IMG/VR virus record: IMGVR_UViG_3300023179_000032
Location: 1 to 64,000 of that record
Strand: one strand, 5' to 3'
Source of the DNA: a virus
Length of the DNA stretch: 64,000 nt
Shown in pieces: positions 7,213 to 16,025 of the stretch; position 1 is the stretch's first letter, and every line of letters begins with the position of its first letter. The translations under genes and the position numbers were made by a program. The notes beneath the pieces are model-generated. The model saw only the letters and a program-made list of their open reading frames with translations. It ran no database searches and had not been told where the DNA came from.

Positions 7213-7485
7213 CTAGCAGTCACATACTGCACTGGCCCGCTTACCCCCTAGGGCGTATACACTACCCACTAAGTTATCATAGTCATAGAAGGCTACTTCC
7301 TTGCGTCCCTTATAGTATAGCACGACCCCGCCTACATTACGGCTACGGGTACCCTCTAGGCTAGTAGCATAGTCCCGCTCAAACTGCTCAATGAACTGCT
7401 CCTCAAGCTCCCAGTCCTCGTTGTGTTTGAGTTGCTCATTGAAGCTGAGAGTGTAGTCAATAGTGTAACAGTTGCACATAAGCAT
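7213..7485 (-). CDS. hypothetical early protein
   Basis: Same frame as track 7213..7521; ATG 7485 after CTAAACAACGGAG leader and downstream of minus-strand promoter. Confidence 0.75.
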   Translation of the reverse strand: MLMCNCYTIDYTLSFNEQLKHNEDWELEEQFIEQFERDYATSLEGTRSRNVGGVVLYYKGRKEVAFYDYDNLVGSVYALGGKRASAVCDC

Positions 7486-7509
7486 GGCTCCGTTGTTTAG
7501 TAAAAACAT

Positions 7510-7538
7510 ATAGTAGCACAAGTCCTTGAGCTTGTCAA
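7510..7538 (-). promoter_or_regulatory. sigma70-type promoter
   Basis: Minus strand TTGACA-17-TACTAT. Confidence 0.75.
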
Positions 7539-7794
7539 ATAGTTTACTACTATGGAGGGTTATTATTTTATAACATTATAAATGTTATGGTGGTGGCTTA
7601 TAAAAATAAATTATATATTTTATAGCGCTGCTGCTACAGAACCCATGGTGGCAGAAAAACCCCCTGAAAAGCCTAAGTACTTCATATTAAAATTTCTTAG
7701 CGCAGAATTTTTTTAGCTGTAGACCCGGTTCGCCATCCCGGCCGAATCTGTGTTGTTGCACATTCGTAGTCACCAAGCTGACCATGTACATAAA

Positions 7795-8634
7795 TCAAGC
7801 CCAGTTTAAACTACTAGCCGGAGGCATAGGACCTGGTTGAGCTAGTTCTGGCATTGCTGCCAATACAGCATTAAGTTGTGATATACCGTGTAGAGCATGT
7901 TGTATATCTTCTTTAGCTTCTGGTGACGGTCCATGACGCTGTAAACTTTGTTGAAAATGCATGTCCATTTCTGGTTCTATTTCGCTACGCCTTTGGTCTG
8001 AGTAGTTCTTTACTGCTTTAGTTATACCAGCTTGTCTTGTATTCCAACTAGGATAATCATCCTTAGGATCCTCAGGCTCTTGTAATTCAGCACGACTAAG
8101 AAAAGCTCTAGCTTCATTAGCGTTATAGCCGCATTTGTAGGCCAATACAGCACCGTAGGCATCTGCATCCAATTCCATTTTTCGGTTCAGCTCTCTCTTT
8201 TGTTTATCCGTAATACCTGGTCTAGATCTATTCTTATAACTTGTAACACCACCTGAGCGTTCCTGTAGAACGTGTCCAATTTCGTGACCCAGTACATAAG
8301 CTAGACAGCTATCGGTCATATTCCAAAATGTGCCTATATCAAATTCTATACCTTTTTTTGCTAGATCGGTAAGATTAGTTTGAGCATAGGCCAATACATC
8401 CACATCCATTGGAGCACTAACAGGCACGCCCTGTATCATTTTTTGATCTTCCTGAGCCATCGAGTTAATTAACACCGCATATATGTTCTTGAGTCGCTGA
8501 GTCAGTTTTTGTCCTCGTGCGACCCACATTGCTCTGTCTTGAGCTGACATCGGCCGCATGGGCGACTGTAAAACCGGTGCGGTTTTGAAACTTGTGGGTT
8601 GTCCTATTTCTGATAATATTTCATGAATTCGCAT
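7795..8634 (-). CDS. zincin metallopeptidase (M48-like)
   Basis: LGHEIGH (HExxH) and downstream ELDAD; ATG 8634 lies 4 nt after TAAATA. Confidence 0.75.
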   Translation of the reverse strand: MRIHEILSEIGQPTSFKTAPVLQSPMRPMSAQDRAMWVARGQKLTQRLKNIYAVLINSMAQEDQKMIQGVPVSAPMDVDVLAYAQTNLTDLAKKGIEFDIGTFWNMTDSCLAYVLGHEIGHVLQERSGGVTSYKNRSRPGITDKQKRELNRKMELDADAYGAVLAYKCGYNANEARAFLSRAELQEPEDPKDDYPSWNTRQAGITKAVKNYSDQRRSEIEPEMDMHFQQSLQRHGPSPEAKEDIQHALHGISQLNAVLAAMPELAQPGPMPPASSLNWA

Positions 8635-8765
8635 CAATTATTTATTAACTTTTATAAACTTTATGTTATTTTATACTCATGACTAACGTTATTGGCATAT
8701 CAGGATTTTTTTATTGTAGACCCCAGTTCGGATTCTGCTAAATAATTCTTGAAAGGATCTGTATT

Positions 8766-8906
8766 ATGATAGACTATAGTGAGATTGATTTAGTTGTATG
8801 GATTGAGGTCATAGGATTTATCATATTTCTAGCATTTCTAGCCAGTTCTAGTCTGGGCAGTGGGCAAGAGGTTAAAGATTACGATTTAGATCGTTGGAAT
8901 AAGTAA
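8766..8906 (+). CDS. small single-pass membrane protein (46 aa)
   Basis: Not in track; TAAATA at 8739, AAAGGA SD; LVVWIEVIGFIIFLAFLASSSLG hydrophobic stretch. Confidence 0.6.
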   Translation: MIDYSEIDLVVWIEVIGFIIFLAFLASSSLGSGQEVKDYDLDRWNK

Positions 8907-8952
8907 ACTTTGTGTAATCAAAACTCCATAATTCTAGTGTAAATATAGTATT

Positions 8953-9606
8953 ATGGCCAAGCCCCGAGCAGCAGTTTTGCTGAACCACCCCCAGTGTAGC
9001 CTACACAGTGCTCACGGTCTAGTAAGGGTATTGTCATCTTTATATGGACTAGCCAACGTAGACTGTATCAGTCCAGACCAGTTAACCTTACAGAGATTAC
9101 GCAAGTATCAGTTATTCTGTGTGCCCGGTGGCCTAGGGGATGCGGACAGTTGGCATAGATTATTAGAGCCCTCCAAGCCCTTAGTCCAGCAGTACTCTTT
9201 AGAGGGTGGGTATTATCTTGGCATCTGTATGGGAGCCTACTGGGCCGGTCCCTTATATTTTGATCTAGTCAAGGATATCAATCCAGTGCAGTATATTCGG
9301 CGTCCCGGAGCCAGTGTACGTCGTAGTTACAGCACAGTAGTTGATGTTACTTGGATGGGTCATAATGAAACCATGTTTTTTTATGATGGGTGTAGCTTAT
9401 TAGGAGCCAAGCCTTCTAGTAGCATAGCCAGTTATACTAATGGTGATTGTGCGGCCCTAATTGAGGGTAGGGTTGGTCTAATTGGGCCTCATCCAGAGAG
9501 TGACAGTTTTTGGTATATGGATCGCTATATGCAGAAGCATTGGCATCAGTATACTCATCATGCTTTGTTAGCAGATTTCATAAGATTATTGGTTAATAAG
9601 TTGTAA
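8953..9606 (+). CDS. class I glutamine amidotransferase-like protein (BPL_N-like)
   Basis: VPGG oxyanion motif, YLGICMGAY nucleophile elbow, GPHPE His-x-Glu. Confidence 0.75.
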   Translation: MAKPRAAVLLNHPQCSLHSAHGLVRVLSSLYGLANVDCISPDQLTLQRLRKYQLFCVPGGLGDADSWHRLLEPSKPLVQQYSLEGGYYLGICMGAYWAGPLYFDLVKDINPVQYIRRPGASVRRSYSTVVDVTWMGHNETMFFYDGCSLLGAKPSSSIASYTNGDCAALIEGRVGLIGPHPESDSFWYMDRYMQKHWHQYTHHALLADFIRLLVNKL

Positions 9607-9682
9607 TCTGTTTGTAATGGTTTTAAAATTTGGGCTACCGTTTCTACCGCTTCGCGGGAGCCTTCGGCCTACTAAATACACA

Positions 9683-10915
9683 ATGAGAGTCTTTGATATA
9701 GTCAGTGAAGAGTATGTTCATCGTGTAAACATAGACATAAAGAACCTAGCCCGAAATATGGCTGCTGCCCGTTTCGCATCTGAACACGGGCAAGGTCTTA
9801 ACTATGCAGACAGTCTAGTCTACTTGGGACTACTAGGGGATCCCAGTTTAGAAATAGTTCTCAAGCCCAAGGCCATTGGTGCATACTATCAAAAAAGGCA
9901 TAGACAAGAGCGGGGTGATGATCAGATTCATCAGGCCTTTAAGACTAGCAGCCCCACAGCGACCACATTGGGAATATATGGTTGGGGAGTGCATCCTGAG
10001 CGTGATAGGGCACGTAACAATCTAAGCCAACAGCAGTATGATCTATACAGAGACAAAGATGTGGAGTATGACCTATTTGTCAGTGTGGAAGATGGGGAGA
10101 ATCTAGAAGATCTAGTCACAGCGCAGCCCAATACCATAGCCAACCTAGCACATGAACTGCGCCATAGAGCCTTTCAACTCACTAACTATATACCAGCACT
10201 AAAAGGTCAACTACCACATTATAGGATTACGGATAGCACTGGTCATGTCTCAGATCCCAATAGTATATACTATATGCAGAAGGTAAGTCAAAGGGCCGGA
10301 GCTAGACATAATATGTATGTTGAACATGCCATGATCTATAGCATTGAACGACACTATGATCGGAGCTTTATGGGTAACTATGACAGTCTTGAACAGATTC
10401 GAGCCTATCAAGAGCTATACAAGGACTCCGAAAAATTTGTAAGAGCCTGGTTGGATCGCAATCAGAACTCGCACAGAGCATGGCAGGATCTTGTTAGTTA
10501 TATAGATGCCAAAACTCCAGGCACGGGCACAGCACGAATAGATAAGGATAAAAATGGTGAGCTCGTTATTATTAATAGAGAACCCGCTACAAATGCCAAT
10601 AAACCTGCACCTACCAAAGCAGAACCAGCTACACCAACAAGGCCTCCTAGTAGACCAGAAGGTCCACCTACAAACACAGATGCCAGACCCAGCCCCACTA
10701 GTACTCAAAATAGTCCTTTAGCGCAGACCAAGCCGCAAATGCCCAGTATACAAGATGGGCCTGTAGGTTGGGGATTATCCCTATTAGGGGTCAACAAGCA
10801 GTTGCGTAACAATCAGCAATTTGTAGATCGTACACTAGGGCCAGGGTATAGAGCAGGCAGTAAAGAAAGTAACATAGCCTTGTTAAAAAAGCTAAGACCA
10901 CAATACGGCAAATAA
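9683..10915 (+). CDS. HExxH-containing protein with Pro-rich linker
   Basis: LAHELRH; start moved to ATG 9683 (4 nt after TAAATA); PAPTKAEPATPTRPP linker. Confidence 0.65.
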   Translation: MRVFDIVSEEYVHRVNIDIKNLARNMAAARFASEHGQGLNYADSLVYLGLLGDPSLEIVLKPKAIGAYYQKRHRQERGDDQIHQAFKTSSPTATTLGIYGWGVHPERDRARNNLSQQQYDLYRDKDVEYDLFVSVEDGENLEDLVTAQPNTIANLAHELRHRAFQLTNYIPALKGQLPHYRITDSTGHVSDPNSIYYMQKVSQRAGARHNMYVEHAMIYSIERHYDRSFMGNYDSLEQIRAYQELYKDSEKFVRAWLDRNQNSHRAWQDLVSYIDAKTPGTGTARIDKDKNGELVIINREPATNANKPAPTKAEPATPTRPPSRPEGPPTNTDARPSPTSTQNSPLAQTKPQMPSIQDGPVGWGLSLLGVNKQLRNNQQFVDRTLGPGYRAGSKESNIALLKKLRPQYGK

Positions 10916-11797
10916 TTAAACGTAGTGTTTAGGTATTAGGTTTTTAAGTAGTTCATCTTCCCTACTACCATGGGGTGGATGATAGTCATACTGCCAACGA
11001 GCCAAGGGAGGCATACTCATCAATATACTTTCGGTACGACCATTGCTCTGTAGACCAAATAGAGTGCCTCTGTCGTAGACCAAATTAAACTCTACGTATC
11101 TACCTCTTCGATATAGTTGCCAATCACGTTGTTCTTCAGTCATTAATATATCTAATCTCTGTCCTACAATGGGAGCATAAGCTGGTATAAAGGCCTCGCC
11201 CACTGCTCTAGTTATGTCAAAGGCCTGTTCCATACTAGGTTGGCTAAGATCGTCGAAGAATACACCGCCGATGCCTCTTGATTCGTTTCTATGTTTAAGG
11301 TCGAAGTAGTTGTCACACCATTGTTTGTACTTGGGATATAGGGCTGTGTCAATTGGGTCTAATGCGTCTTTACAGGTGCGATGCCAATGTACAGCGTCTG
11401 CTTTATAGTAGTAATAGGGAGTAAGATCCATACCCCCGCCAAACCATCCTTGTCCTGATTCTGTGATAAACATACGCACGTTCAAATGTACAGTGGGTAT
11501 ATGAGCATTGCGTGGGTGTAAGACCACGCTAACTCCGGCTGCTTCCCAGCTCTGTCCTGCTAGTTCGGGCCTATGTTCGCTGGCACTGGGTGGTAGTTTT
11601 TTACCAAATACGTGACTATAGTTACAGCCCCCACGTTCAAACACATTGCCGTTTTCCAGTAGTATACTAGTACCACCTCCACCTTCTGGTCTGGTCCAGC
11701 TGTCCTTAGTAAATGTTTTACCATCTATATCTTCTAAGTCAGCGATAATATTATCTTGTAGTTCTTTAAAAAATTCTAGAGCTTGATCTTTTAACAT
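10916..11797 (-). CDS. hemF: oxygen-dependent coproporphyrinogen III oxidase
   Basis: [80 protein letters not shown]. Confidence 0.97.
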   Translation of the reverse strand: MLKDQALEFFKELQDNIIADLEDIDGKTFTKDSWTRPEGGGGTSILLENGNVFERGGCNYSHVFGKKLPPSASEHRPELAGQSWEAAGVSVVLHPRNAHIPTVHLNVRMFITESGQGWFGGGMDLTPYYYYKADAVHWHRTCKDALDPIDTALYPKYKQWCDNYFDLKHRNESRGIGGVFFDDLSQPSMEQAFDITRAVGEAFIPAYAPIVGQRLDILMTEEQRDWQLYRRGRYVEFNLVYDRGTLFGLQSNGRTESILMSMPPLARWQYDYHPPHGSREDELLKNLIPKHYV

Positions 11798-11833
11798 AGC
11801 ATTTTATATTATTAAAACACTATTTAATCTAGT

Positions 11834-12265
11834 TCAATCGTCGCTCCACATTTCTCGAAATTGTCCTTGGCTATGTATAACGGTCCAAGCCACCTCAGCA
11901 AGAAAGTCAAAGTGACGAATCATCAATTCAAGTGTAGTGTCTGGGCCTATATAGTGCAGTAGGCGACTATAGCAGCCTTGTCCTAAGTCTGTGTAGTAGC
12001 TGGCCGTAATGCCTCTGCGTGTGCCTAGTTTGGGAAATACTGCACGAGTAAACCAACAAGTATCCCCTAAACTGCGTAGTGCTACAGGTGAACGTGCCAA
12101 GAGGTATTGTTCAGCGTAGCTGGGTTGAGGTTGCCAAGGATTTTTATCTACTTTACTTATCAGAATAGAAACCATAGTCCTTTGCAAGGTTTTTGGGACC
12201 ATCCATCCCTGATGTTCTAGAGTTTCAGAGAACAGTTGGTCAAAAGCTTGTTCAAGTTCTTTCAA
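11834..12265 (-). CDS. hypothetical protein
   Basis: ORF track; LGD.CWF...FP...YY..LG..CY pattern; no function recognised. Confidence 0.7.
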   Translation of the reverse strand: MKELEQAFDQLFSETLEHQGWMVPKTLQRTMVSILISKVDKNPWQPQPSYAEQYLLARSPVALRSLGDTCWFTRAVFPKLGTRRGITASYYTDLGQGCYSRLLHYIGPDTTLELMIRHFDFLAEVAWTVIHSQGQFREMWSDD

Positions 12266-12325
12266 ACTAGATCCTGTATAATGTATTTAAGTGATAAGTA
12301 ATCTAAACAGTATATAAGGGGAAAA

Positions 12326-12553
12326 ATGAAGAACTTAATTCAAAATCAATATAATGTAGAATCTAGTTTAGATAATAGACATAGTCCCCTAAGTATGGGC
12401 AGTGACAATGTGGCCAAGAACCCACAGGATTATGATCTTATGCGTATGTTGCAGCGTCAAATCAATACTCTGCAACAGGAGATTCGTCGCCTGCACAATA
12501 GACATAAAGAATTGCACAACGAGGTGACTAGATTACGTAGCCAAATCAAATAA
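12326..12553 (+). CDS. small coiled-coil protein
   Basis: Heptad stretch LQRQINTLQQEIRRLHNRHKELHNEVTRL; AAGGGG SD. Confidence 0.65.
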   Translation: MKNLIQNQYNVESSLDNRHSPLSMGSDNVAKNPQDYDLMRMLQRQINTLQQEIRRLHNRHKELHNEVTRLRSQIK

Positions 12554-12561
12554 ATACCTGT

Positions 12562-13794
12562 ATGGAAACCAAACTAGCCACCATTATCTGTAGTGATGTT
12601 ATTGGCTATAGCGCACTGATGCAGCAAGATGAAGCAGGGACGTTGGCCAAGTTAGATGCCTGTCGTGCTGTTATTGATCCTTTAATTGACCGTAGTAGGG
12701 GTCGATTGTTCAACACAGGAGGAGACAGTGTACTCATTGAGTTTGCCAGTGCAGTAGATGCTGTACGTTTCGGCATAGAAATGCAAGCAAGTATAAGCAG
12801 TATGAATAATGGCATGCGTTGGCGTGTGGGTATGCACATGGGCGAAGTATGGATCTATGGTACTAACCTCATGGGCGATGCTGTGAATCTTGCTGCTCGT
12901 TGTGAAAGTCTAGCCGACTATGGTGGTGTTACCATGACCGATGCTGTCTATCGTCTAGTAGCTCCTAAGATAAAAAATCATAAATTTATCAGTAGAGGCA
13001 TACAAGAGTTTAAGAATGTAGCACCTATGGAAATATGGAGTGTGGATATTGAAGGTGCAGAGCCCAATCCACATCTCAATAAAACAGTAAAAAAGACTCA
13101 AGCTCAAACTATATCTAGGAGTCACAGTGAACTAGTAGCCGCTGTGGTCAATGATCAAGCAGCCCGTAATCGCACATTACATGATGCCCTGTCATTAAAG
13201 CATGATGCCAAGTATGGCCCAGCTACACGTATCATGATGTGGCGTGTGAGCAAGCAGGATAGTCAAGCATTAGATGAATTAATCAATATGGTACAAAAAA
13301 ACCTAGTGCCAACAGAGTTAAAACCCTATGTACAGGCTGTATTCAGAGAGTTTTGTCAAAAGGTCAATAGTGATCTAGCCCTACGTATAGTAGACCTAGT
13401 TGAAGGTGAAAGTCGTAGCCTAGCCTTGCAGTTTCTACGACAAGCGGCCAAGGTCAATGAACAGGCCAGTTATAGATTAGCCATAATGGTGTTTACTGAT
13501 CCCAACAGTAGCGATAGTGAAATAGAAAGTGTAATAGGTGATCTCAAGGAAGGTGCAATGAAGCGTAAGATACCAGCTATGCTAAGTCTTGGAAAATATT
13601 ATACACAGATAGGTGATAAGAAAAATGCCTTCCGTTGGTTATATGCTGCTCGTGCTGAGCATAATGCTGAGGCACAGAAATTATTAGAAGAGCTCAATAA
13701 GACCATCACTCGAAGTGATTTTAATAATTTCAAAACTGATGCGGATGCCCTAGTGGATGAAATTAAATTTATTGATGATAACAGAATGAAATAA
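12562..13794 (+). CDS. class III nucleotidyl cyclase with C-terminal helical/SEL1-like region
   Basis: CSDVIGYS, GGDSV, RVGMHMGEV, GDAVNLAAR; C-term AMLSLGKYY...AFRWL. Confidence 0.9.
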   Translation: METKLATIICSDVIGYSALMQQDEAGTLAKLDACRAVIDPLIDRSRGRLFNTGGDSVLIEFASAVDAVRFGIEMQASISSMNNGMRWRVGMHMGEVWIYGTNLMGDAVNLAARCESLADYGGVTMTDAVYRLVAPKIKNHKFISRGIQEFKNVAPMEIWSVDIEGAEPNPHLNKTVKKTQAQTISRSHSELVAAVVNDQAARNRTLHDALSLKHDAKYGPATRIMMWRVSKQDSQALDELINMVQKNLVPTELKPYVQAVFREFCQKVNSDLALRIVDLVEGESRSLALQFLRQAAKVNEQASYRLAIMVFTDPNSSDSEIESVIGDLKEGAMKRKIPAMLSLGKYYTQIGDKKNAFRWLYAARAEHNAEAQKLLEELNKTITRSDFNNFKTDADALVDEIKFIDDNRMK

Positions 13795-14009
13795 TGATGG
13801 TGTTAGCTGCCCTATATACAGTATTTTTAATCTACGGATCAATATTATTTGTTACAGGATCTAGTACATTAAGCAAGGAAGTAAGACAAAGTTTAAACCC
13901 TAAAGAGATTGAATTATTTGAAGCGGAAATGGTTCAGAGACGAATGGTGGGTCTACTACTGTTGTATGTTCCCGTTTTCAGTTTTATTTGGTGGCTCATT
14001 ATTAATTAA
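13794..14009 (+). CDS. two-TM membrane protein
   Basis: Two hydrophobic segments; TAATG coupling to cyclase. Confidence 0.6.
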   Translation: MMVLAALYTVFLIYGSILFVTGSSTLSKEVRQSLNPKEIELFEAEMVQRRMVGLLLLYVPVFSFIWWLIIN

Positions 14010-14279
14010 GTCTTCATATTGATCGGTTTCTTTTTCAATACGTTCGCCTCTGAGTTCTATCACAGTCTCTACTTTTTGATTCAGTCTTATTAGGTCGTTA
14101 TCCAACATGCGTATTCGATCAATAAGTTCTAGCAGTGTGTCATTGGCCTGACCTATGACTGGTTTAATTTCTTTTGTTACCCAATTCCAAATATACCAAA
14201 TCAGTGCGCCTAGACAGCCTGAGAACACGATGGGAAATCCATATTTGTTTATAAAAATTGTAATGTCATTAGTGTCCAT
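13956..14279 (-). CDS. single-TM plus coiled-coil protein
   Basis: YGFPIVFSGCLGALIWYIW then LIDRIRMLDNDLIRLNQKV. Confidence 0.75.
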   Translation of the reverse strand: MDTNDITIFINKYGFPIVFSGCLGALIWYIWNWVTKEIKPVIGQANDTLLELIDRIRMLDNDLIRLNQKVETVIELRGERIEKETDQYEDLINNEPPNKTENGNIQQ

Positions 14280-14563
14280 CAGTCTTTTCTTCGATCCCTC
14301 AATTCTGATCTACTTATACGATCGTAATCAGGATTAAGTCCTAGAGCTGTACTTACCTTAATATCAATTATGATCAATTGATTAGTCATAGTAAAGACTC
14401 TACTATCTAATCCTCTGATGATCTTGGCCATTCCATTAACACTATTGGTCACGCCGGCTAGAATGAATTTTATAGTAAGATATACAAAATAAAAGGCAAT
14501 AATAGCAGCCGCAATAGGGCTGCCAATTTCCAGTAGTTTAGTTATAGCACCAATCTCAGCCAT
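14279..14563 (-). CDS. single-TM plus coiled-coil protein
   Basis: GSPIAAAIIAFYFVYLTI then amphipathic helix; TAAATA 4 nt upstream. Confidence 0.75.
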   Translation of the reverse strand: MAEIGAITKLLEIGSPIAAAIIAFYFVYLTIKFILAGVTNSVNGMAKIIRGLDSRVFTMTNQLIIIDIKVSTALGLNPDYDRISRSELRDRRKD

Positions 14564-14601
14564 ACTGTATTTACAGATACAGATATAGACTTAAAGTGCT
14601 A

Positions 14602-16011
14602 CTAAAACTCTTCCGTATTCAAACCATTAAGTAGTTGTCTCAGTTTAGTACTTTCCACTTGAACTTGTGAACTTTTTACATTAGAACCTATTGTGGGATC
14701 ATCTCTCACAGTTTGACTGCGCTGTTTGATAGCATCTAAAATATTACTGGCTGGTTTATATTCTGTAGCATCATCTTCATTTAAGTTAGTAATACGTAGT
14801 GTATCAATATTAAATTCCAAATCAATCTTCTGTCCTACGCCGCTACTACTACGAGTTTTCATCAGTTGTATTTGATATCTACCTTTTTCTCTCATACTGC
14901 GGCTAGTAAAGATACCAAACACATTATCAGCAGTCTGTATTTTACTAAGTCCACCACTGATATGACTATGATCAAATTCAATCTCCTCTACTGCACCCCT
15001 GTTTAACTGTGCAGCAGTTACTAGTACCACATTCTTTTCTACGGCCAAGTTCCTCAACTCTTCTGAAACAAACTTATCCTTAATAAACAAGTTTTCTGCA
15101 CTGATCTTACGACTTATAGGCATTAACAAATCTAAGTAATCAACCAATAGCACATCAATCTTAGTACCAGTTTTAACTTCAAGCTCTTTCATAAAACTGC
15201 GAATGTCATTAGTATTTTTTCCACTAGGCATGTATTTAATTTGAAATCGTCCACTCTTTTTGCCCATGACACGAACTTTCATTTCAACATCGTCAATCTG
15301 TTTAAAGATTTCCTTAGTGGGAACATCAGTTACCATACTATCAATACGCATACTGACTAGTTCTTCACTGAGCTCTAAGGTTAAATATACAACATTTAAT
15401 CCAGCCAAACTCCAATTTAGTCCTAAGTTAGCTAAGAACAAACTCTTACCTGCTCCACTACCACCAGCAAATATATTAAGTTCTCCTCTGTTGAATCCAC
15501 CAAATAGTCTACTATCTAGCACAGCCCAACCAGTACTAACTTGACCATTTTTATCTTTAATACGTAATAATCTTGATCTTGGATCCTCATAGTAGTTTGT
15601 GCCCATATCTTTTTGCAAACCTATCTGTACAGCCTTCTTGATGATGTCCTCAACAGGGCCATATTCACCTTTTTCTAATAGATCGGCACTGGTTAGTATG
15701 GCACGCTCTAAACCTTTGTGTCTAATAAAAGTTTCAAAGTCCTGTAACAGCCAATCATAGTGTTCTTCCCTAAGATCAATATGTGGACTCAGAGATACAT
15801 TGGTAGCAGCATTAACAATTTCCAATGTTGGTAATATATTATGATCTACAACATATTCGTTAATGAATTTAGCTGTGGACTGTAGCTTTCTATCAAAGAG
15901 TTCATGATCAAAAATACTTTGACACCTTACAAATGTTTCTGCATCATGTAGCATCATTTCTAAGTATAACTTTTGTATATCGTATCCGTAGTCTGCGTTT
16001 TGTCTGGTCAT
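14602..16011 (-). CDS. gp41: replicative DNA helicase (T4 gp41/DnaB-type)
   Basis: GGFNRGELNIFAGGSGAGKS, YLTLEL, VDYLDL, TAAQLNR, LMKTR. Confidence 0.92.
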   Translation of the reverse strand: MTRQNADYGYDIQKLYLEMMLHDAETFVRCQSIFDHELFDRKLQSTAKFINEYVVDHNILPTLEIVNAATNVSLSPHIDLREEHYDWLLQDFETFIRHKGLERAILTSADLLEKGEYGPVEDIIKKAVQIGLQKDMGTNYYEDPRSRLLRIKDKNGQVSTGWAVLDSRLFGGFNRGELNIFAGGSGAGKSLFLANLGLNWSLAGLNVVYLTLELSEELVSMRIDSMVTDVPTKEIFKQIDDVEMKVRVMGKKSGRFQIKYMPSGKNTNDIRSFMKELEVKTGTKIDVLLVDYLDLLMPISRKISAENLFIKDKFVSEELRNLAVEKNVVLVTAAQLNRGAVEEIEFDHSHISGGLSKIQTADNVFGIFTSRSMREKGRYQIQLMKTRSSSGVGQKIDLEFNIDTLRITNLNEDDATEYKPASNILDAIKQRSQTVRDDPTIGSNVKSSQVQVESTKLRQLLNGLNTEEF

Positions 16012-16025
16012 TGTTTATCCATTGT

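Noticed and set aside
7568-7595. dif/Xer-like site (also at ~2288-2310)
   Set aside because: Only a partial XerD-arm match, poor XerC arm or wrong central spacing
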